Part shown: piece after piece, positions 17,762 to 29,318 of the stretch
Layout: each line of letters opens with the position of its first letter
Numbering within the stretch: the first letter of the stretch is position 1
From: an uncultured Verrucomicrobiota bacterium
GTDB taxonomy: Bacteria > Verrucomicrobiota > Verrucomicrobiia > Verrucomicrobiales > V1-33
Assembly (NCBI GenBank): GCA_942492905.1
Contig: OW818657.1
Coordinates: forward strand, 5,918,188 to 5,982,187
Reading direction: 5' to 3'
DNA: 64,000 nucleotides
The notes under the pieces: model-generated
Database searches by the model: none
Told to the model about the DNA's origin: nothing
Seen by the model: the letters and a program-made list of their open reading frames with translations, nothing else
Translations under genes and position numbers: made by a program

Positions 17762-20505
17762 TCACTCCATTTGCCCTCCCGTTTGAGTCTTTCGATCAGA
17801 GCCTCCTGTTCCTCAAATGGGAAAGGGGCCACCAGTCGCCGCCTCAACAGGGCAAAGTGTTGGAGCTGCTCCAATTCTCCGACCTCGGTCTTCTTGAGCT
17901 TGCCTTTATACTCCAAATCAATGAGGTCCAAGCGCCGGGCATTGGTTGCTTCCCAATCCGCCGTGATGGTCAGCAGTTCCTGCAGGGTCTGTGCTCCATC
18001 GAATCCGGCGGGATAATATTCAGTCTGATGAAATGGCACACCCTCCCGTTCGTAGCCTGTAAAGAAGTCTAGTAGTTTCCGTTCCAGTTCCTGCGGCAGT
18101 TTGTAGAGTGCCAGAACGGCGGCATCCAGCCGCCAGTGAAGGTGCTTTAGGTAGTCATCATGGTCTGGAGGATTTTCGTTCAGTTCCAAGCCGGGCAATT
18201 CTGCCGAGTCCAATCTCCTTGCTGCCTGGACAGAGCGTTTTGATGTTCTGCCGGGTTTCAATGATCCGCTGGCTGCGTCGCGATACTGCTTTGCCAACTT
18301 CTCGATATGATCCTGTTGGGCCTCGGTAATTGTTGGTAACGGGAGCTGTTCGACCGTGCCGGAAAGGATATCCCGCTTGCTGGAGTAGGATTTCGTAAAC
18401 GCGTTTGCCAAAGGTGAATTGAGAATAGCCCATAGACAAATTGGTATTATTTGAGTCTCCTCGGTTTCCTGTGATTTAACAGGGCGAATTACAAGAAACC
18501 GACCTCGGGTGGGGTGACCGATTGCATCAAAGTATGCGAGATTTCTCCACGGGCCTCGGCTGATTGGGGAGTGGTTCATAACCACCTTTGGTATGCCAGT
18601 TTCACATCCTGCAACGGCTCGATCTATCGCTGCATCGTCAAACAGAAGCCATTGAAGATGGGGTAATTGATGGGAAAATCCAGTCTGCTTTAGATCATAG
18701 AAACCAAGGCGATACCCCGATTGTTTCGTGCTTACACGCTTGGGTTTTCCCTTGGGAAACGTGGGATCCGACTCTGCCTTATAAATGAATCCTTGTCCGG
18801 CGGCAGCAGCCTTTCCGAGCTTGTTGAAGCGGGAACAAAAATCCCAGACATCCACCAAATCCGGCACAAGCATTGAGACAGCATCGTCGGCCAGCATTCC
18901 CGCAGCCTCCCGCTCCTGCGTCACGGTTGGCTTACCCTTGGTCTCAAACTCCGGCAGTCCGCCATCCCACACATGGTTGATTCGCACAGGCACCGTGGAT
19001 CTGTTCTTTCCGGACAATTTGCGACCGATGATTATAGCGGTTTCAACATCAGCTTTTTCGAAGACTTTGTCAGGAAGGCGCAGGATTTCCTGCCACTCGA
19101 AGTGTCCCAGCAAGTCTTTCCGCAAAGCGGTAGCCTTTTTGGAATCAAGAATCGTCTGTGGCATGATGTAGGCCACCAAGGTGCCGGGCTTGGCATTCAG
19201 ACTAATCCTGCGGAGTAACTCGGCGGCCTGACCAACATGGAAAAGTTCGTCACCTGCGCTGGGCCGGGTTTCGAACGGGGGATTTGAAATGATGATATCA
19301 GCGTTTGCGAGGCGGGACTCCATCCGTCCATTTCGGAACATATCCCCATCATCCAACTCCCAGCCGTTTGGATTCGGGATATCCGCCAGCGTCAGCGAAA
19401 GGCGAGCAACTTCGCGGGCGAAGTCATCGGTCTCCGCGCCGACCAGCCGGGATTGAAGCCACGCATGTCTTTCCACATCATTCATGGCGATGCAGGGCTT
19501 CATGCCGGAGAATAGCCTGAGCATCGCCACCAAGAACGGAGCATGACCGCAACCTGGCTCGTAAACTTTGCGGCGTGACTCCGGCTGTGCTTCGACCCAA
19601 GGCGTGAGCCGTTGCACGATGTAATTCACAAGCCACGCTGGAGTGCTGTGAGTTCCGAGCGCTTTGCGGGTCTCCTTGGTGATAAGCACGTTTTCATAAA
19701 CGCGGGCCAGCGTTTCCGTGCTTACCAGCCGCAGTGAGCTGTGGGAGTTGAGAATATCCGCAGCGCCCGTCAGGGCTTTGCGGCGACGTTGCGAAAGCGC
19801 GTGCTGCGGTCGCGATCCATAGTGCCGCGCCACGCGTGAAAAGACATTGTCCAAATCCTCCAAATCAAGTGTTTTGAAGTTTTGTACTTGTTTGTCGTGG
19901 AGCAGGCGGGCCGCGAGGAGCCAGAAGTTCGCTTGGACCAGCCATTGAGCATCCATTTCCTCCAATTCCTTGAAGGCAGCCATGTTCAGCTTTTCGCGGG
20001 TGGCAAGAATCATGCTCTCTACCAAGCAGCAGAGCTGCGCGCTGGATTCAGATTCCACCATCTCCAGCAGGCCGATATCCACGAAACTCAGCTGCCGACT
20101 AATATCGAGGCGTGCGGTTGTCTTGGCGCGATAAATAGACCGTGGATCAAGCTTCGAACGGTAGGCTTGGAAAAAAGCATCCAAGGAGCCATTATCAGGA
20201 TCCCATAGGCGGCAAGGTTGAGCGGGGGTCAATTGCCAGACGCTCCAGTGTTGGCCTGAGCCAAGAAAGGCAAGAGGTGCTCCAGTATCGCGCCCCACAT
20301 TCAAAAAGGCACTTGGGTCATTCTGATCGGGCGCGGCCACCACACACGCGGTCCGCGTGTCAAATGGGCGGTGTGAGAAAGCCAGTAGCGGCACCGTGCT
20401 TTTTCCAAAAAGAAAATCCGGGGCAAGATTTTCGCGGGCAAATCCACACCGCTCGAGATGCGAGCGAAGCTGACGGTCATCGAACGCTGGACGGGAAAAT
20501 GACAA
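17758..20505 (-). CDS. Gamma-class N6-adenine DNA methyltransferase with target-recognition domain (Eco57I/MmeI-like size and layout), 915 aa
   Basis: SAM motif I VYEPGCGHAPFLV. Catalytic motif IV IIISNPPFE (NPPF at nt 19273-19284). TRD-like WAILNSPLANAF. The uncharacterised N-terminal ~250 aa and C-terminal ~150 aa remain unassigned. The start is a TTG at 20505 and is uncertain. Confidence 0.85.
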   Translation of the reverse strand: MSFSRPAFDDRQLRSHLERCGFARENLAPDFLFGKSTVPLLAFSHRPFDTRTACVVAAPDQNDPSAFLNVGRDTGAPLAFLGSGQHWSVWQLTPAQPCRLWDPDNGSLDAFFQAYRSKLDPRSIYRAKTTARLDISRQLSFVDIGLLEMVESESSAQLCCLVESMILATREKLNMAAFKELEEMDAQWLVQANFWLLAARLLHDKQVQNFKTLDLEDLDNVFSRVARHYGSRPQHALSQRRRKALTGAADILNSHSSLRLVSTETLARVYENVLITKETRKALGTHSTPAWLVNYIVQRLTPWVEAQPESRRKVYEPGCGHAPFLVAMLRLFSGMKPCIAMNDVERHAWLQSRLVGAETDDFAREVARLSLTLADIPNPNGWELDDGDMFRNGRMESRLANADIIISNPPFETRPSAGDELFHVGQAAELLRRISLNAKPGTLVAYIMPQTILDSKKATALRKDLLGHFEWQEILRLPDKVFEKADVETAIIIGRKLSGKNRSTVPVRINHVWDGGLPEFETKGKPTVTQEREAAGMLADDAVSMLVPDLVDVWDFCSRFNKLGKAAAAGQGFIYKAESDPTFPKGKPKRVSTKQSGYRLGFYDLKQTGFSHQLPHLQWLLFDDAAIDRAVAGCETGIPKVVMNHSPISRGPWRNLAYFDAIGHPTRGRFLVIRPVKSQETEETQIIPICLWAILNSPLANAFTKSYSSKRDILSGTVEQLPLPTITEAQQDHIEKLAKQYRDAASGSLKPGRTSKRSVQAARRLDSAELPGLELNENPPDHDDYLKHLHWRLDAAVLALYKLPQELERKLLDFFTGYEREGVPFHQTEYYPAGFDGAQTLQELLTITADWEATNARRLDLIDLEYKGKLKKTEVGELEQLQHFALLRRRLVAPFPFEEQEALIERLKREGKWSE

Positions 20506-20591
20506 AGTGGAGAAGCAAGGAGAAGCCTTTAACGAATAGGTTTTAGAAACAAATTTGCGAGCAGGAAATTGAAGGTAATTCGGAATCCTGG

Positions 20592-20626
20592 AAGAAAAAA
20601 GCCGCCCCGGATGACTCCGGGGCGGC
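20592..20626 (-). terminator. Rho-independent terminator downstream of ppdK
   Basis: On the minus strand: GCCGCCCCGG-agtcat-CCGGGGCGGC, followed by TTTTTTC. 10-bp GC stem (20601-20610 / 20617-20626), 27 nt after the ppdK stop. Confidence 0.75.
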
Positions 20627-20653
20627 TTCGTGATTTAAGCTGATGGAAGCGGA

Positions 20654-23458
<2,805 letters not shown>

Positions 23459-23570
23459 TTGTGGTTCTGCTGGTTGGGTTGGATTGTGGAAGTGGAACGG
23501 GGAGGAAGCGCTACCGGGCCGGAAGGGGCAATGCAGTTAGCGCCCGAAACGTCCGGTCCGGGGAGGCGGG

Positions 23571-23598
23571 ACTTTAATGGGGACGGTCAGGGAGTCAA
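23571..23598 (-). promoter_or_regulatory. Candidate sigma70-type promoter for ppdK (TTGACT-16 nt-TAAAGT on the minus strand)
   Basis: -35 = reverse complement of 23593-23598; -10 = reverse complement of 23571-23576. ~110 nt upstream of the start codon. Based on the hexamer match only. Confidence 0.3.
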
Positions 23599-23744
23599 AC
23601 CGGGAGTTGGGGGTGGCGCCAGCCGGGTTTGTTGGCAGGACAGGGGTTCGGCCGCACCGGAAGCTGACCTGCGCCCTTGTGTTATCGCTGTTTTACGGGT
23701 TAGACGGCCGTGCTGCGGATGGGCTCAGGCCTCACCGGGTAAAT

Positions 23745-23779
23745 AACAAAAACTCCTGGAGACCGGGAGTCTCCAGGAG
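23745..23779 (-). terminator. Rho-independent terminator downstream of infC
   Basis: Minus strand: CTCCTGGAGAC-tcccg-GTCTCCAGGAG followed by TTTTTG. 11-bp stem (23753-23763 / 23769-23779). Confidence 0.7.
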
Positions 23780-23829
23780 GTGATTGTTGCGGCGGAGAGT
23801 TGCGGCCGCAAGGCGCCCTGCGACTCATC

Positions 23830-24519
23830 CTACTCTGCCTTCTTCCGCTTCTTCGGACGGCCGTTGTCCTCTTCCATTTCATCCAGCACCGCTTCCAGGG
23901 TAAGCGTATGGACGTGAGGGGTGTGGCTACCGTCGTCTTCGGCGTCGTCGTCTTCTTCGCTGCCGATGTCCTCGATGTATTCCACCTTCGGTTTGGCGAA
24001 GCGGCGGGTCCGCTGGTTGGCGGGAAGCGGGGAGAGGGCCATGCTGATGGCACGTCCGGCCTGACGGGGCGGCATATCAAGATGCCCCATGGTTTTGAGG
24101 TCATCCACGATGCGCATCATGCGGGCAAACCCAATCTCAGGGTGGGCACCTTCGCGGCCCCGGAACTGGAGTACGACCCGCAGCTTGTTGTTTTCACTGA
24201 GGAATTCCTCGGCGTGCTGCAGTTTGATATTATAATCGTTCTCGCTAATGTTGGCGCGGAATTTGACTTCCTTGAGCTTTCCGCCTTTCTGTTTGCCGGT
24301 GTCCTTGGCGTTCTTGGACTGCTCGTATTTGTATTTGCCGTAGTCGACAATTTTACAGACGGGCGGTTTGGCATCCGCCGAAACCTCGACCAGATCGAGA
24401 CCGCGCTGACGGGCAATCTGGAGAGCTTCCGGAACCGACATAATCCCCAACTGCTCATGGGTACGGCCATCAACGACGCGGATTTTAGGGGCACGGATGC
24501 GGTCATTGACGCGCGTCAT
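23830..24519 (-). CDS. infC: Translation initiation factor IF-3 with an acidic C-terminal extension
   Basis: RVNDRIRAPKIRVVDGRTHEQLGIMSVPEALQIARQRGLDLVEVSADAKPPVCKIVDYGKYKYEQ is a canonical IF-3 N-domain and linker. ATG start. An extra ~55 aa D/E-rich tail ends in KKRKKAE. Confidence 0.9.
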   Translation of the reverse strand: MTRVNDRIRAPKIRVVDGRTHEQLGIMSVPEALQIARQRGLDLVEVSADAKPPVCKIVDYGKYKYEQSKNAKDTGKQKGGKLKEVKFRANISENDYNIKLQHAEEFLSENNKLRVVLQFRGREGAHPEIGFARMMRIVDDLKTMGHLDMPPRQAGRAISMALSPLPANQRTRRFAKPKVEYIEDIGSEEDDDAEDDGSHTPHVHTLTLEAVLDEMEEDNGRPKKRKKAE

Positions 24520-24841
24520 GTCGCGGTAACGGCTGGGCTGTTTTCTGGGAGGCGGGGAGGGAATAAGCGTGGGCAGGTTATGGGTTGATCAGAATACGGG
24601 GAAAAGAAAAAGCGGCGTGGTGGACGCAGGAAGGCTGAGCCCGGCGAGGGAGCAGGAAGACACTTCCAAACAGTTCATGACCGGAACACCCGCACCTCCC
24701 CGACCACCGGGAAGGACGGAAAAGCCGTCAAACAAGCCATCGTGGCCACACCCGGCGGGCGCACACCGGAACCGGACACTGGGAAAACAGTGCGGTAAAA
24801 TCGGGTCAGCGGAGGCGGCAGCATTCGTAAAACTATAATGC

Positions 24842-24870
24842 AATATAATGATTCTGCCAGGAATGCGCAA
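24842..24870 (-). promoter_or_regulatory. Candidate sigma70-type promoter for infC (TTGCGC-17 nt-TATATT on the minus strand)
   Basis: -35 = reverse complement of 24865-24870; -10 = reverse complement of 24842-24847. It sits in the only AT-rich patch of the 360-nt gap upstream of infC. Confidence 0.35.
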
Positions 24871-24880
24871 GATGGAATTT

Positions 24881-25588
24881 TCACTCCGGGCGGGCCGGAG
24901 CCGGACGGCGCAAGAAGGGGAGGTAGAGCAAGGTAAACAGCACCACCGCAAGGGCATCCAAGGCTAAAATATACCACGGCCACGGTCCCAGCACATCCAG
25001 CAGACTGGCCTGAGGCGGCTTGGCGCGCAAAAATCCGTAATTGGCCCCGGAGATAAGATTCACCAAGGCTGCGGCAGCAAGATAAACCTGTCCCCAGCCG
25101 AAGGCACGCCAGACGGCCCCTGGCTCCGGACGCAACCTCAGGCCAGCCACGAGGTAGAGTGCCGCGACCACCACACCCCCATGCAGCGCAAAAAACGCAA
25201 AGTAGGCGGGGGAAGGGAACGTGGCGCTGAGAGCGGGCGTGAGCAGCCCGTTCAATGTTCCGGCCAACCCCCAGAACCAAACCAATTCGGCCAGCCGCTG
25301 CCGGCGTGTCAGCAGGGCAAAGGCCCCAATGATCGCGGCAAGGTCACAAAGATGGCACGGGAAAGCGTTTTCCCGGTTCAAGGAACCTCCGGCGTAGTGG
25401 CCGATAACATGCGCCGGATACAACAGCAGCAGAAATCCCGCGAGAATTTTGCAGGTAAGGCCGGTGCGGTCCGGGTGGCGGCGGGCGCGATGAATGAGGA
25501 CCACAGCAGTCACGGCCGTCACCCCCAAGGCGCCCAGATGGGCTGCTCCCATGATCTCAAACGGCATGGCGGTCGCCGTTGAGGCCAT
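24881..25588 (-). CDS. Integral membrane protein, TIGR02206/YwaF-like family (function unknown)
   Basis: Seven or so hydrophobic segments. The FPCHLCDLAAIIGAFALL block resembles the family signature. The family assignment is tentative. Confidence 0.6.
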   Translation of the reverse strand: MASTATAMPFEIMGAAHLGALGVTAVTAVVLIHRARRHPDRTGLTCKILAGFLLLLYPAHVIGHYAGGSLNRENAFPCHLCDLAAIIGAFALLTRRQRLAELVWFWGLAGTLNGLLTPALSATFPSPAYFAFFALHGGVVVAALYLVAGLRLRPEPGAVWRAFGWGQVYLAAAALVNLISGANYGFLRAKPPQASLLDVLGPWPWYILALDALAVVLFTLLYLPFLRRPAPARPE

Positions 25589-25625
25589 CGATTGTCAGGC
25601 AGAGCATCGGAAAGAGAAATCCCGC

Positions 25626-26270
25626 TCAGTCCCAGGACTTCACGTTGTCTTCCCAGGTCTCTTCCTTGCCATCCTTGCCCGGAGACCACACGATGACCCG
25701 TTTGGCCAGCTTGGTGAGACCGTCCGCGACCCCGCCGGTGTCCGGGTTTTCCAATTCCTTGTTATAATCCGTGTCCAGCTTCACTTTGAAATAATTCCCC
25801 CAGCTGTCGACGATTTCGATGTTTTCGTCCTCCAGCACTAGGCCATTGCGCCATTTATCACTGGCTCCGGCCTGCGCCGTTCCGGTTTTGCCTTTGACAG
25901 TTTTTGCAGGTTTGATCCCCTCGGCATAGTCCACTTTGCGGGTGTTTTGCACCGCACCTTCCTCCCCTTCCTTGCCGGTCAGGACCTTGACCAAGCCTTC
26001 GCCCCCCTCGGTGGTGCTATCGGAATCGGCCCCGTCGGTCGCCGAAGACGGTTTGGGCAGACGGTTGTAATCGGCATAAAATTGCTCCACTGCATTGGCC
26101 ACAGCGATGGCCATCACCTGGGCTTCCTTTTTCCGCACATTTTCCACAATTTTCCCGTAGCCCGCGAATGAAGCGGCAGCGAGGATGGCGATGATGGCCA
26201 TGACCGTCAGCAATTCGATGAGGGTAAAACCGGCAACACGCGGCCGGAAAGAGGCGGAGGGAAGTTTCAT
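25626..26270 (-). CDS. Prepilin-type N-terminal cleavage/methylation domain protein (type II secretion pseudopilin / type IV pilin-like)
   Basis: N-terminus ...VAGFTLIELLTVMAIIAILAA is the classic G/FTLIE prepilin peptidase site plus hydrophobic helix. Confidence 0.8.
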   Translation of the reverse strand: MKLPSASFRPRVAGFTLIELLTVMAIIAILAAASFAGYGKIVENVRKKEAQVMAIAVANAVEQFYADYNRLPKPSSATDGADSDSTTEGGEGLVKVLTGKEGEEGAVQNTRKVDYAEGIKPAKTVKGKTGTAQAGASDKWRNGLVLEDENIEIVDSWGNYFKVKLDTDYNKELENPDTGGVADGLTKLAKRVIVWSPGKDGKEETWEDNVKSWD

Positions 26271-26386
26271 AAAGTTTGGGGGAGGGTTAATTTGAGTGGA
26301 TATAGCAGCGGACTGACGCGATGATAAAGCAAAAAGATGAAATCAACTAGGAAAATCCCGTATGCTGCGCCGAGGAGGGGCAAATT

Positions 26387-28831
26387 TTGACTCCCAGCGA
26401 CCCACTTTCGACCCAAGTGCTGGCCCTGCTGGCTCAAACCGCCACTGCCGCCCAGACCAAAAACGAGATCGCCAGGACACTCGGCGTCCCGGTCGATGAC
26501 CGCCAAGGCCTCCGGCGGGTTCTCAAGGAACTGGTGGATGACGGCCAGATTGTGGAAGTCGATGGCCGCCGCTACCGCCTGCGCAGCGCCGGGCAGCGCC
26601 TGCTCAACGGAACCATTTTCAGCAAACCCGGCGGCGGCGGTTCCTTCCGCCCGGAACAGGGAGACAAGGAAAATGCGGCGGTGTACGCGGCCCTCGGCTC
26701 CGATCCGGATGCACGCATTGCCATTCCGGAGGAACATCTGAATACCGCCCTCAATGGCGACAGAGTGAGCGTCAAAGTCACCGCTTCCGAACCACCCTCA
26801 TGGTGGCGCAGTGAAAAAGCCCGCAAGGAAAAGCCCAAACACGAGCGCCCGCCCCAGGAAGTCCACCTCGAAGCCCGTGTCGTCAAAATCCTCGAACGCC
26901 GTAATCAGAATATTCCCGGCACCCTCTTCATCCGGGCCAAACACGCCTGGGTCATCCCGGACGACGTCCTCCTCCCCAACGTTGATCTGCAAATCAGCGA
27001 TGACACCGAAGCCAAGGCCGGGGACAAGGTTGTGGTCGCCATCGATGAATGGCCCACCCGGAGTGCGCGCATGAAGGGTCACTTGGTGAAACGCCTCGGA
27101 CGCCCCGGTGAAAAAGGAGTGGATGTGCTCGGCGTGATCTACAAATTCCGTCTGCCGCTGGAATTCCCGGACGCGGTATTAAAGGAAGCCGCCTCCCATC
27201 CTGACGAAATCCCCACGGCTGAAATCGCCCGCCGCGAGGACTGCCGCGGCCACCACATCATCACGATCGATCCGTTTGATGCCAAGGACTTCGACGATGC
27301 CATCGGGGTCACCCAACTTAAGGACGGCGGGTTTGAACTCCACGTGCATATCGCCGATGTCGCCCACTACGTCACTCCCGGCAGCGCTCTCGACAAGGAA
27401 GCCCGTGAGCGCGGCAACAGCACGTATCTGGTGGACCGGGTCATCCCCATGCTGCCCGAGCGCCTCTCGAACGGTTTGTGCAGCCTCCGCCCCCACGAGG
27501 ACAAACTCACCCGCTTCGCCGTCCTCACCTTCAATGCCAAAGGTCAACGGACCGGCCAGCGGTTCGGGGCCGGGGTGATCCGCAGCGCCCGCCGCTACAG
27601 TTATGAGGAAGCGATGGCTTCCATGAAAAATCCTGACGTGGGCGATCCCGACAGCGATCTCCTGCAGCGCGCCTGGAAACTGGCCTCCATGATGCGCAAA
27701 CGCCGCTATCAACATGGCGCCCTTGATCTGGAGTTCCCCGAAATCAAAATCATCCTCGACGAAAAGGGGGTTCCTGTCCGTTTGGCCACCATTCAATATG
27801 ATGAGAGCCACCAGCTCATTGAGGAGTTCATGCTCGCCGCCAATGAAGCCGTGGCCGAGACGTTATTGCAAAGCGGCCGCCCGTCCATCTACCGGATCCA
27901 CGAAGAACCGGATCAGGCCAAGCTGGATGAACTCCGTGAAGTCCTTGGGGCGGCCGGCATCCATGTCGGGGATCTGTCCGTCCGCAGTGAACTGCAGAAA
28001 GCCATCGCGGCCATGGAAGGCCGGCCGGAAGCGCCCATGTTGAAGCTGACTTTGCTGAAGAGCCTGAAGCGCGCCGTGTACCATCCGGACTCGCTGGGCC
28101 ACTACGGGCTGCACTTCAAGCACTACACCCATTTCACCAGCCCGATCCGGCGGTATGCAGATCTGATCGTGCACCGATTGTTATGGAATCTCACCCGTGC
28201 CCCTGGCAGCGGCGGCACCATGAAGACGCCGGACTACGCGCACATGAAGGAAACCGCAGAACACATTTCCACCACCGAACGCGTCAGCGCCGATGCCGAG
28301 ATGGAAAGCCGCCGCCTCAAGGAACTGGAATACTTCGAGCGCCTCGCCTCCATGGAAAACCCCGAGCCGTGGCCCTGCATGGTCAGCCGGGTTCTGCCCT
28401 TCGGCCTGTTTATTGAAACGGTCAACAGCCAGACCCGCGGCGCCATCCGCTTCCCTGACCTTGGTCTGCCGGATCCCTTTTTTGATGCCGCCAGCTCCAC
28501 CCTGCGCAACCGCCAGCCGCCGGTGGCGATCCGTGCCGGCGACTTCATTGACGCAGTTCCCACCGGGATCGATCGCGAGCGCGGCACCGTCAACTTCCGC
28601 CTGCTGCGTGTCACTGCCACCAATTCCAAAGCCCCGGCCATGGAAGACCGGTCCCCACGGCGCAAGGGCCCCCGTCCCAATGAACGCCGGGGCAAACCCG
28701 CCACCGCCAAACCGGGCGGCGCCAGCGGCAAACGGGTGCGCCCGCAGGATGCCCAGCCGGTCAAAAAGAAACCTGCCGGGGAAACCGCACCGGAAGCCCC
28801 GGCGAAGACCGGCCGGCGGCGGAGACGCTAG
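26387..28831 (+). CDS. rnr: Ribonuclease R
   Basis: RNB-domain motifs ITIDPFDAKDFDDAI, STYLVDRVIPMLPERLSNGLCSL, HYGLHFKHYTHFTSPIRRYADLIVHR. S1 domain and a basic K/R tail. TTG start in the ORF track. Confidence 0.9.
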   Translation: MTPSDPLSTQVLALLAQTATAAQTKNEIARTLGVPVDDRQGLRRVLKELVDDGQIVEVDGRRYRLRSAGQRLLNGTIFSKPGGGGSFRPEQGDKENAAVYAALGSDPDARIAIPEEHLNTALNGDRVSVKVTASEPPSWWRSEKARKEKPKHERPPQEVHLEARVVKILERRNQNIPGTLFIRAKHAWVIPDDVLLPNVDLQISDDTEAKAGDKVVVAIDEWPTRSARMKGHLVKRLGRPGEKGVDVLGVIYKFRLPLEFPDAVLKEAASHPDEIPTAEIARREDCRGHHIITIDPFDAKDFDDAIGVTQLKDGGFELHVHIADVAHYVTPGSALDKEARERGNSTYLVDRVIPMLPERLSNGLCSLRPHEDKLTRFAVLTFNAKGQRTGQRFGAGVIRSARRYSYEEAMASMKNPDVGDPDSDLLQRAWKLASMMRKRRYQHGALDLEFPEIKIILDEKGVPVRLATIQYDESHQLIEEFMLAANEAVAETLLQSGRPSIYRIHEEPDQAKLDELREVLGAAGIHVGDLSVRSELQKAIAAMEGRPEAPMLKLTLLKSLKRAVYHPDSLGHYGLHFKHYTHFTSPIRRYADLIVHRLLWNLTRAPGSGGTMKTPDYAHMKETAEHISTTERVSADAEMESRRLKELEYFERLASMENPEPWPCMVSRVLPFGLFIETVNSQTRGAIRFPDLGLPDPFFDAASSTLRNRQPPVAIRAGDFIDAVPTGIDRERGTVNFRLLRVTATNSKAPAMEDRSPRRKGPRPNERRGKPATAKPGGASGKRVRPQDAQPVKKKPAGETAPEAPAKTGRRRRR

Positions 28832-28856
28832 AGCCGTTTGCCGCCACCTCCAGCCC

Positions 28857-29231
28857 CTATTTGTTCTTCAGGGCGTCCCGGATTTCCGTCAGGAGTTTCA
28901 CCTCCTCGGACGGTCCGGCGGGCGGCGGGGCCGCTTCGGCCTTCTTCACCCGGGCCATCAAAATGTTGTAGGGCTTGACGATCACAAAGAAAATCACAGC
29001 GGCCGTAATGAGAAAGCCGATGATCGTGTTGATCACCAGACCCAAATCAAAGATCCAGAGTTTCAGCGAAACATCAGGGTCTCCGCCGATCAGCCCCAGG
29101 ATCGGTTTGACAATCCCGTTGGTGAAGCCATCCACAATTTTGCCGAAAGCTGCGCCGATGAGGACCCCTGTGGACAGGGAAACGACGTCGCCTTTCAGGA
29201 TGAATTTCTTGAACTCTTCTAGCATTTGCAT
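28857..29231 (-). CDS. mscL: Large-conductance mechanosensitive channel
   Basis: MLEEFKKFILKGDVVSLSTGVLIGAAFGKIVDGFTNGIVKPILG is canonical MscL. The start was chosen at ATG 29231 (or 29225) rather than the ORF-track 29264. Confidence 0.9.
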   Translation of the reverse strand: MQMLEEFKKFILKGDVVSLSTGVLIGAAFGKIVDGFTNGIVKPILGLIGGDPDVSLKLWIFDLGLVINTIIGFLITAAVIFFVIVKPYNILMARVKKAEAAPPPAGPSEEVKLLTEIRDALKNK

Positions 29232-29318
29232 AGGATTGATATGGATTCGAATGGGATGGAACAACGGCGCAGAAGGCTATCCATTACGGAGCCCGCATCC
29301 TTCCGCAAAGCCAAAAGA

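Noticed and set aside
24520-24841. Possible small RNA gene (SRP RNA, 6S RNA, tRNA) in the 360-nt gap upstream of infC
   Set aside because: I could not find the SRP GGAA/AGCA helix-8 motif, a tRNA cloverleaf with T-loop GTTCRANYC, or a 6S-like extended duplex. It is kept only as a possible long mRNA leader (see the infC finding).
24832-24862. Sigma-54-like TGGCA...TTGCA on the minus strand upstream of infC
   Set aside because: The spacing between the GG and GC dinucleotides is 15 nt instead of the required 10 nt. The same region fits a sigma-70 TTGCGC-17-TATATT better.
25626-26270. Orphan prepilin-like gene as part of a secretion or pilus system
   Set aside because: No secretin, ATPase, platform or peptidase genes are nearby. 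Isolated prepilin-type genes are numerous in PVC-type genomes, so this is noted as a feature only.
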